This document shows positions 55,137-63,950 of a stretch of DNA of 64,000 nucleotides, piece by piece (position 1 is the stretch's first letter; every line of letters starts with the position of its first letter). Below the pieces are notes generated by a model. It saw only the letters and a program-made list of their open reading frames with translations. It made no database searches and was not told the origin of the DNA. The position numbers and the translations under genes were made by a program. This DNA comes from Basidiobolus meristosporus CBS 931.73 (taxonomy: Eukaryota > Fungi > Basidiobolomycota), in contig MCFE01000359.1 in NCBI GenBank assembly GCA_002104905.1, forward strand, positions 23,470 to 87,469, read 5' to 3'.

Positions 55137-57255
55137 ATGGCATTAGAAGCCAGCAGTTACAAGGAGCATCGGAAAAATTTTGGCGTTTACCTGGCGACGG
55201 TGGCAGGTGTAACAAAACGCAGCTATTGCTTGATGACCATTACCCCGTCTATGAGATACTTGCTATTATATGGAGGGTATTCTGTTGAGCACTTTCAATA
55301 CAGCAAAATATCCTTGCCTTATGATGAGTGTAGAGCTGAAGAAACATCCGGCTGTGGAATACTCTATGAGCCCAGCTCAAAGGTTCAAATGATTTACCTT
55401 GCAGATCTACACGGTGATGAAGACATTGCAGTGACAGTTCTCCCGACTCCAGACAATATATCAACTACAGAGGCAGCCAAAGAGGTGATTTTAATTGGCA
55501 ACAGCTGTGCTAGTGACCACGAGAATCTCTACATATATGGTGGTTTTGAGCTGAGCCGTAGAGAATACTCAGGGCAACATGAAAGTGCCAAAACACGGGG
55601 GAAAAAAGCGATACGAAGCAAGAGTGGGGAGAGTATCAATAGAAGACTGAGCAAGCTGGAGGTAATCACGTACAAAGATGGCAATGGAAGCTCCAGAGTA
55701 TTGGAGACAAGGCCGTTCTTGAATAATCCGGCAAATATACCTTCAGCAAGAGGTTGGGCAGTTCTTACATACGCATTTGATTGCTTATTCTTGCTGGGCG
55801 GCTATCCTACACCATCGGAACCACCTTATACTCAACCAAATGGGTGTTTTTTAAACAAGTTCTACTGTTTAAAATTGCAAACTGGTGATTGGGAAAGACG
55901 ATATGTACACTCAGCAATACAGGAGCTTGGAGAAAACTTTATTGCTGTGGTAAACGAGTATGGCAACCAAATTCAATACATCAATAATGCAAATGTTACA
56001 TTCACCTATGATGTTGATAATCTGATCTGGATTTACCCTCCCGATCCAAGTCAGGAAGAAATGAGTACAAAGCAGCTACTAGGGTGCATTCTTAATGAAT
56101 TGGCAGCAATCTCTCAGCGGCACAAGAGGGAAGGCAAAGGAAGTGCTGAGACTGAAAATATCTTGCGGCATAGTGCCCATGGTCTTACTGTCCCACTTAA
56201 GAACCATCAAGCATTTGGCATACGATGGCTGATGTATACAGAGGCCATCCATAAAGGAGCATTGCTTGCCAATTCCATGGGACTTGGAAAGACATTGCAG
56301 ATATTAAGTCTCATATTGGAGACACCTGAGCAAAGGCCAAATCTTATTGTTGTCACGCTTGGAATACTTCTCAATTGGGTGATGGAGATAAAGACAAAAA
56401 CAAGGATATCCGATGAAGAGCTTCATGTATTTCATGGAGAATTCCAAGCTATCAAGAAGTCAGATATGGAGACTAAGAGGATTGTGCTCACCACCTACCA
56501 CACACTATGTGTTGAAGCAAAGAACCCTGATTTGCCTATATGGAATGTGAAATTTGGCCAAGTAGTGGCCAATGAGGCAGATACAATTAAGAACTACAAA
56601 GGCGGTAGCTTAAACGCAGTGAGTAAAATTGATGGAGAATCCTTGATACTTGTCACTGCCACCCCATTCCAAAATGAGATTATGGATCTTTATTCATATT
56701 TCACATTATTCAATCTATGGGAAGGCATTCCAAAGGATTTCCATCAACTCCTACTTGAGGAGGCCAATGCAAATAGGCTAGTTGAATGGGTTGTTGAAAG
56801 ACTTGGCCCATTAATATTGAGACGCGTTCCAAAGTCGCAAATATTTGGAGAACGCGCAGTATCCATGCCTAGTATTCAAGAGCAGATTGTCTTGTGCCAA
56901 TTCTTGCCGGAGGAGCTGCAGGAGTACAAACAACTGCAGGGAAGTCTTCCAGAGGAAGTTGGTCGGATGGGTGCAAATACCTATTTGCGTCTGTACTCAT
57001 GCCATCCATATATGTATACCTGGAGCAGGAAGAGGAATTGACTGAAAAAAGCGGCTGATGTTAGCATTGTCCAAGATGTTGAGATGAGTGAGGATGATTT
57101 TCTACCTGAGATTGATGAGGATCTTGAGGCGGTTGCGGTTGAGGTTGAGGAGCAGCTTCAAGAGATTAATAGCGAAGAGGTTGACAGCTCATCCAACGTT
57201 CCATCTACTTCTGCACCAACTGCCATACGCACCAAAGACACCCCTACAATTGCCC
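55137..57255 (+). pseudogene. Kelch-repeat + SNF2-like ATPase gene, degenerate and 3'-truncated by the telomeric array
   Basis: Kelch-like LLLYGG, LYIYGG and SARGW..LFLLGG..LNKFYCL..QTGDWE. SNF2 LKNHQAFGIRWL, LANSMGLGKT, IVLTTY, VVANEAD and LVTATPFQNEIMDLYS. In-frame TGA at 57039-57041, and the frame runs into SINE B1. Confidence 0.75.
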
Positions 57256-57780
57256 TTAGGGGGAGGAAAGTCACCAAGTGGTGAAATCTTTATTTACTTA
57301 TGACAAGTATTTAAAGAAGCCAAGTTAATCTGAAGTTGTTCCTAGAAAGCTAGGTCTGAGAGATATCTTCCTGGTAAGCCAGGTCTGAGAGTTGAGAAGC
57401 TGAGTGTTACTGTATTTCCTAGTTAGCTAGGTCTGAGAGAGGTTTCCTGGAAAGCCAGGCCTGAGAGGTGAGAATCTGAGTACTTCTAAGGTGAGTTGTA
57501 CTGATTTGCGGTAGCTGAATTGTGGCCCAGATGGCCAGAAGACTGGGGGAACTGAGGTGAATTTCTGGGCAATCACTGGCCAAATTTACTAGGCAAATCT
57601 GACCAATTAGCATTTCAAGGATTTTAGCCAATCAGAGCCTTTACTTTGCCCAATGGTTGATCAAGCCATCTCCCAATGAGCACACATCAATTTATTGATC
57701 AAATTTTGTTGGATCCAGGATTTGAACCCACAACCATGGGTATGGAAGGGTTAGGGATAACCACAAGGCTAAGTGTTCTT
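57256..57780 (-). mobile_element. Telomeric tRNA-derived SINE type B, full-length copy B1
   Basis: Non-coding ~525 bp. tRNA-like A/B boxes at its 5' (telomere-facing) end and the shared 3' signature. Confidence 0.85.
57718..57778 (-). promoter_or_regulatory. Internal Pol III type-2 promoter of SINE B1 (A box 57761-57771, B box 57718-57728)
   Basis: Minus strand reads GAACACT-TAGCCTTGTGG...GGTTCAAATCC with tRNA-like spacing. Repeated at 61631-61691 and 62158-62218. Confidence 0.75.
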
Positions 57781-58751
57781 GGTTAGGGGAGGGAAAGTCA
57801 CCAAGGTAGGTGAAATCTTTATTTGATTTCAGACAAGTCTAACTACAAATAAAGAAGCCAGCTGGGAATAGAAGATTCCCAAAGTAAACACTAAGTTGAA
57901 TATAAATAAATCTAAGCTAAAGTTAAAGCAGTATCCCAGAGGACACTGGAGTTCAGGTTCATGGGGGAGTGAAGTAGATAAGCTTGAGAGATGTAATAAT
58001 CTTTGAGGAAGTGGGTAACAGCAGGTGAAGGAGAGTTTTTGATAAGTGAAGTGAATCTTGAGAGCAGAGATTCCTCTAATGAGAAGGTCTTGTAAACTGG
58101 AGAATCAGGAAACTCTTTAAAGGCATGGTCAGTAGGTTCCCAGTAAAACTGGTCAGAGACATTTTGAGAGAATTGCTCAGCAATACTTTTGTCAAGTACT
58201 ACCTCCAGAGTGTGATGGTTGATAAATCTCATGTTAACAATCTTGGATAAATTGTAACCTTGTTGCTTGAGATACATCCTATGTTCAGATAGAGGAATAA
58301 ATTCCACATTGGCAAAATAGCAGACAGCCCAGTCAGTGGCAGGAGGCAAATTAGAGGTGGCAGGAAACTTTCTTTTAGTCTTGAGAGGAGCAGCAGGATG
58401 TCTTGAGGAAGCAGGAACAGGCTTTTTGACAGCTTCAGAGTAGGAAGAGTGAGCAGGAGCAGATGGTTCTTGGGGAGTCTTGTTGACAGGAAGAGTTGGC
58501 ACAGGGACAATAGATTCTTGCAGATCAGAGAACGCAGAAAACAGCTTTTGAACTTGTTTCTTGAGTAGAGCATTTTCAGCTTCAACAAGTGCAAGCCTTT
58601 CCTCAAGGAAAGAAATCTGAAGGGAATGGAGTGAAGGCATAAGAAATAAGAGGAAGAGAGTAGTATGGGGTGGGTGGGAGGGAAAATTAGCAGGGAGAAG
58701 AGAAGGAAGGAGAAAAATTCCAGAAGTCAGAATTTATAGATGGATGGACAA
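57781..58751 (-). mobile_element. Telomeric ORF1-only non-autonomous retroelement type C
   Basis: One 242-aa ORF, ~110-nt pyrimidine-rich leader and 130-nt 3' UTR ending in the shared 3' signature. No RT. Confidence 0.8.
57912..58640 (-). CDS. ORF1-like protein: N-terminal coiled coil + domain homologous to type-A ORF1
   Basis: LEERLALVEAENALLKKQVQKL heptads. WAVCYF...LSKIVN...LEVVLDKSIAEQF...SPSPAVTHFLKDYYIS parallels A1 WTVVYL...LSRIVN...LEVILDQNIADPF...APSYDVAYFLKNHAIS. Confidence 0.8.
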   Translation of the reverse strand: MPSLHSLQISFLEERLALVEAENALLKKQVQKLFSAFSDLQESIVPVPTLPVNKTPQEPSAPAHSSYSEAVKKPVPASSRHPAAPLKTKRKFPATSNLPPATDWAVCYFANVEFIPLSEHRMYLKQQGYNLSKIVNMRFINHHTLEVVLDKSIAEQFSQNVSDQFYWEPTDHAFKEFPDSPVYKTFSLEESLLSRFTSLIKNSPSPAVTHFLKDYYISQAYLLHSPMNLNSSVLWDTALTLA

Positions 58752-58756
58752 GGGTA

Positions 58757-60670
58757 GGGTTAGGGGGGGAGACAGTCACCAACAGGTGAAATCTTTATTT
58801 CAGTTGAAACAAAGAAGCCAGCGCTACTGTTGTAGCTTTGATACAAGAGTGTGTAGCTGAGGGGAATTTGTAGGTAAGTTAATAAGAAGTGATGATAGTT
58901 CTTCAGTGCTCAAGACACTGTTCAGTGGGAAGGGGGGGTAGCAAGAGAGGTAAGAATGACTTGTGAACAACATTAATGAGGGGAATGTGATAAGGATTGA
59001 TATTCATCATAAAGGGAGTGTGCTGCTGCAGATATTGCTGCCAAAGGTCTGTCAAGTACTTCAGGTAGGCCAGCTTGGGTTTTTCTGACTGCAGCATATA
59101 GTGAGCAAACTTCTTGACTTCAGGATCTCCAAGTATAGTTCTCCAGCAGGAGTCAGGTGTAGTGTGGAGTATTCTCTTCCAGGCCTTAATCAGTGGGTTG
59201 TTGCAGTTGTGAAGTCTGAGGTATAATCTGGTTCTAAGGTAGAGAAGTCTGATCTTATAGGGCATAAACCCAAAAGCACCAAGAATAGCATGTCTGTAGG
59301 GGCATTCAGGCAAATGAGGCACCAAGGAGGTAATGCACCATACTGCAAACTTGTCAAGCTTAGTGCAGTCTCTAGAAGTAAGAGAGAGAAGTGGTAAGCC
59401 AAATTCCAGGACAGGGAAGACAAACTGCTTGAGTAGAAGGAGGCAGCTGGGAGCTGAAGTTGTAGGAGGAGTAACAGCCAGTAGCTTGTGGAGTGCCTGT
59501 CTTGCCAGGATAATTCTCTTCTTCAGGTGTGCTCCAGAGTCTAGTCCATTGGGAAGGAAAGGAAAGCCAAGATATGTAGCAGAAACCTGAGCAGGTAGAG
59601 TGGAGTTCTCCAAGTTGATGGGAGAGCCCAAAGGCACTGTCTTTGCAATGGAAAGCTGGAGATTATTCTTCTGCAGATACTGGTGGATGGTCTGGGAGTC
59701 TTGTTGCACATTGGAGGAGGATATTCTGATGTCATCAGCAAAGAGAGTAACCAGGCAGTCAGCTGAGAGTCTTGGGAAATCATTCAGGAAGATGGCAAAC
59801 AGTATAGGACCAAGCACAGAGCCTTGAAACCACTCCATTAGGAACTGAGAACACAGCTGATTGCTCACTTGGGTGCAGAATTCTTGCTTGTGGATCCAGA
59901 AACAGAGACCTGACAAGGAGGGTAAGAGAGGTACTGGAGAAGCATTGCAACTTGGACCAAAGCAGATTTCTGTCAACTGAATCAAAGGCCTTAGTAATAT
60001 CAAACAGAACAGAGGGATACTTGCACTGGAGAGAGTGATCTTGGCTAAGTATGACTGCATATTCCAAGGAGAGGCCAGGAACAAAGCCAAACTGTGCAGG
60101 ATGAAACTTGAGGGAGTCAGAGTAGAGCTCCTGAGCAAGCAGAAGCTCAAACACCTTTCTGCAGGTGGGCAGCAGAGATATTGGCCTGTAGGAGCTAGGA
60201 TCCAGGTGCTTTCCTTTACCCTTGTACAGTGGCAGAACATTTGCAAAGGACCATTCCTCAGGAGTAGAAAGCTGGGCTGAGCATTGCTGAAACAGTGGAA
60301 GCAGAAGTGCAGACATGGCCTTGGTACTAGTTTTCAGAAGCTCATAGGAGATTGTGTCCACACCTGGAGCAGTAGAGTTGGGAAGCCTCTTGAGCACATT
60401 ATGGATTCTCCTTTGATCAAGTGCAAGTGGGATGGGCAGAGTCTTGAAGTCAGGATGAAAGCCAGGAGTTGAGTACTGCTTTGTAGAGAAGAAGATGTTA
60501 GCCAGCTGTTCTGTTGAAGGTAACTTCCTGGAAGAGGGCCTCATTGCCCTGTAGAGTCTTGATACTGTTCTTGTTATAGAGTTGGAAGATTGAAGAGGCA
60601 AAGAACTCATAATATGATCCCAGAGCTGAGTATGCAGAGTGTGGTGAATTGCCTTGGAGTGGTGTATTGC
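58757..60670 (-). mobile_element. Type-A retrotransposon copy A2 (5'-truncated, RT only, frameshifted at ~59826 and ~58935)
   Basis: Near-identical to A1/A3. RT split between ORFs 59780-60610 and 58903-60246. Confidence 0.92.
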
Positions 60671-60687
60671 TTAGGGTTAGGGTTTAG
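60671..60687 (+). repeat. Interstitial telomeric tract TTAGGG-TTAGGG-TTTAGGG
   Basis: Seen directly between A2 and B2. Confidence 0.9.
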
Positions 60688-61054
60688 GGGGGAGGAAAGT
60701 CACCAAGTGGTGAAATCTTTATTTACTTATGACAAGTATCTAAAGAAGCCAAGTTAATCTGAAGTTATTCCTAGAAAGCTAGGTCTGAGAGATATCTTCC
60801 TGGTAAGCCAGGTCTGAGAGTTGAGAAGCTGAGTGGTACTATATTTCCTAGTTAGCTAGGTCTGAGAGAGGTTTCCTGGAAAGCCAGGCCTGAGAAGTGA
60901 GAATCTGAATATATCTGAGCTAAGTTATACTGGTTTGCGGTAGCTGAATTGTGGCCGGAATGGCCAGTAGACTGGGGGAACTGAGAGGAATTTCTGGGCG
61001 ATCACTAGCCAAATTTACTAGGCAAATCTGGCCAATTAGCATTTCAAGGATTTC
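60685..61054 (-). mobile_element. SINE B2, 5'-truncated (~370 bp)
   Basis: Matches B1 from the 3' end up to ...caaggatttc, then TTAGGG. Confidence 0.88.
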
Positions 61055-61153
61055 TTAGGGGGAGGAAAGTCACCAAGTGGTGAAACCTTTATTTACTTAT
61101 GACAAGTATCTAAAGAAGCCAAGTTAATCTGAAGTTATTCCTAGAAAGCTAGG
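61055..61153 (-). mobile_element. SINE B3, 5'-truncated (~100 bp)
   Basis: 3' signature through the first hairpin (...aaagctagg), then telomeric repeats. Confidence 0.88.
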
Positions 61154-61172
61154 GTTAGGGTTAGGGTTAGGG
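61150..61172 (+). repeat. Interstitial telomeric tract (TAGGG)(TTAGGG)3
   Basis: Seen directly. Begins on the SINE's own TAGG. Confidence 0.9.
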
Positions 61173-61693
61173 GGGATGAAAGTCACCAAGTGGTGAAATC
61201 TTTATTTACTTATGACAAGTATCTAAAGAAGCCAAGTTAATCTGAAGTTATTCCTAGAAAGCTAGGTCTGAGAGATATCTTCCTGGTAAGCCAGGTCTGA
61301 GAGTTGAGAAGCTGAGTGGTACTATATTTCCTAGTTAGCTAGGTCTGAGAGAGGTTTCCTGGAAAGCCAGGCCTGAGAAGTGAGAATCTGAATATATCTG
61401 AGCTAAGTTATACTGGTTTGCAGTAGCTGAATTGTGGCCAGAATGGCCAGTAGACTGGGGGAACTGAGATGAATTTCTGGGCGATCACTGGCCAAATTTA
61501 CTAGGCAAATCTGGCCAATTAGCATTTCAAGGATTTCAGCCAATCAGAGCCTTTACTTTGCCCGATGGTTGATCAAGCCATCTCCCAATGAGCACACATC
61601 AATTTTATTAATCAAATTTTGCTGGATCCAGGATTTGAACCCACCACCATGGGTATGGAAGGGTTAGGGATAACCACAAGGCTAAGTGTTCTT
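61170..61693 (-). mobile_element. SINE B4, full length
   Basis: Complete from the 3' signature to the tRNA head ...ctaagtgttctt. Confidence 0.88.
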
Positions 61694-62220
61694 GGTTAGG
61701 GGGAGGAAAGTCACCAAGTGGTGAAATCTTTATTTACTTATGACAAGTATCTAAAGAAGCCAAGTTAATCTGAAGTAATTCCTAGAAAGCTAGGTCTGAG
61801 AGATATCTTCCTGGTAAGCCAGGTCTGAGAGTTGAGAAGCTGAGTGGTACTGTATTTCCTAGTAAGCTAGGTCTGAGAGAGGTTTCCTGGAAAGCCAGGC
61901 CTGAGAATTGAGAATCTGAGTATATCTGAGGTGAAGTGTACTGATTTGCAGTAGCTGATTTGTGGCCGGAATGGCCAGTAGACTGGGGGAACTGAGGGAA
62001 ATATCTGGGCGATCACTGGCCAAATTTACTAGGCAAATCTGACCAATTAGCATTTCAAGGATTTCAGCCAATCAGAGCCTTTACTTTGCCCGATGGTTGA
62101 TCAAGCCATCTCCCAATGAGCACACATCAATTTATTGATCAAATTTTGTTGGATCCAGGATTTGAACCCACAACCATGGGTATGGAAGGGTTAGGGATAA
62201 CCACAAGGCTAAGTGTTCTT
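61694..62220 (-). mobile_element. SINE B5, full length
   Basis: Complete copy. Internal variants differ from B4, so it is not a simple tandem duplicate. Confidence 0.88.
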
Positions 62221-63950
62221 GGTTAGGGGGGGAGACAGTCACCAACAGGTGAAATCTTTATTTCAGTTGAAACAAAGAAGCCAGCGCTACTGTTGTAGCT
62301 TTGATACAAGAGTGTGTAGCTGAGGGGAATTTGTAGGTAAGTTAATAAGAAGTGATGATAGTTCTTCAGTGCTCAAGACACTGTTCAGTGGGAAGGGGGG
62401 TAGCAAGAGAGGTAAGAATGACTTGTGAACAACATTAATGAGGGGAATGTGATAAGGATTGATATTCATCATAAAGGGAGTGTGCTGCTGCAGATATTGC
62501 TGCCAAAGGTCTGTCAAGTACTTCAGGTAGGCCAGCTTGGGTTTTTCTGACTGCAGAATATAGTGAGCAAACTTCTTGACTTCAGGATCTCCAAGTATAG
62601 TTCTCCAGCAGGAGTCAGGTGTAGTGTGGAGTATTCTCTTCCAGGCCTTAATCAGTGGGTTGTTGCAGTTGTGAAGTCTGAGGTATAATCTGGTTCTAAG
62701 GTAGAGAAGTCTGATCTTATAGGGCATAAACCCAAAAGCACCAAGAATAGCATGTCTGTAGGGGCATTCAGGCAAATGAGGCACCAAGGAGGTAATGCAC
62801 CATACTGCAAACTTGTCAAGCTTAGTGCAGTCTCTAGAAGTAAGAGAGAGAAGTGGTAAGCCAAATTCCAGGACAGGGAAGACAAACTGCTTGAGTAGAA
62901 GGAGGCAGCTGGGAGCTGAAGTTGTAGGAGGAGTAACAGCCAGTAGCTTGTGGAGTGCCTGTCTTGCCAGGATAATTCTCTTCCTCAGATGTGCTCCAGA
63001 GTCTAGTCCAGTAGGAAGGAAAGGAAAGCCAAGATATGTAGCAGAAACCTGAGCAGGTAGAGTGGAGTTCTCCAAGTTGATGGGAGTGCCCAAAGGTACT
63101 GTCTTTGCAATGGAAAGCTGGAGATTATTCTTCTGCAGATACTGGTGGATGGTCTGGGAGTCTTGTTGCACATTGGAGGAGGATATTCTGATGTCATCAG
63201 CAAAGAGAGTAACCAGGCAGTCAGCTGAGAGTCTTGGGAAATCATTCAGGAAGATGGCAAACAGTATAGGACCAAGCACAGAGTCTTGAACCACTCCATT
63301 AGGAACTGAGAACACAGCTGATTGCTCACTTGGGTGCAGAATTCTTGCTTGTGGATCCAGAAACAGAGACCTGACAAGGAGGGTGAGAGAGGTACTGGAG
63401 AAGCATTGCAACTTGGACCAAAGCAGATTTCTGTCAACTGAATCAAAGGCCTTAGTAATATCAAACAGAACAGAGGGATACTTGCACTGGAGAGAGTGAT
63501 CTTGGCTAAGTATGACTGCATATTCCAAGGAGAGGCCAGGAACAAAGCCAAACTGTGCAGGATGAAACTTGAGGGAGTCAGAGTAGAGCTCCTGAGCAAG
63601 CAGAAGCTCAAACACCTTTCTGCAGGTGGGCAGCAGAGATATTGGCCTGTAGGAGCTAGGATCCAGGTGCTTTCCTTTACCCTTGTACAGTGGCAGAACA
63701 TTTGCAAAGGACCATTCCTCAGGAGTAGAAAGCTGGGCTGAGCATTGCTGAAACAGTGGAAGCAGAAGTGCAGACATGGCCTTGGTACTAGTCTTCAGAA
63801 GCTCATAAGAGATTGTGTCCACACCTGGAGCAGTAGAGTTGGGAAGCCTCTTGAGCACATTATGGATTCTCTTTTGATCAAGTGCAAGTGGGATGGGCAG
63901 AGTCTTGAAGTCAGGATGAAAGCCAGGAGTTGAGTACTGCTTTGTAGAGA
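62221..63950 (-). mobile_element. Type-A retrotransposon copy A3 (terminal, 5'-truncated; RT frame open, QGS changed to QDS)
   Basis: ORF 62287-63858 is continuous through the RT core and abuts the terminal telomere tract. Confidence 0.92.

Noticed and set aside
57339-57467. CRISPR-like array of palindromic 24-nt repeats
   Set aside because: Spacers are about 5, 24 and 4 nt, identical between copies, embedded in a eukaryotic SINE, and there are no cas genes.
57419-57631. 70-aa ORF inside SINE copies (also 61859-62071)
   Set aside because: TTG start, no motif, and variable between copies. The region is better explained by RNA hairpins.
57705-57778. Functional tRNA-Gly gene
   Set aside because: The acceptor, D and anticodon stems do not pair. 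Only the promoter boxes and loop residues are retained.
49226-63933. Many short ORFs recurring in the array (e.g. 49226-49459, 49369-49626, 49819-50280, 59190-59423, 60035-60280, 63246-63707)
   Set aside because: Alternative-frame or antisense shadows of the RT. They recur only because the element is repeated, and CpG-poor composition shapes stop frequency.
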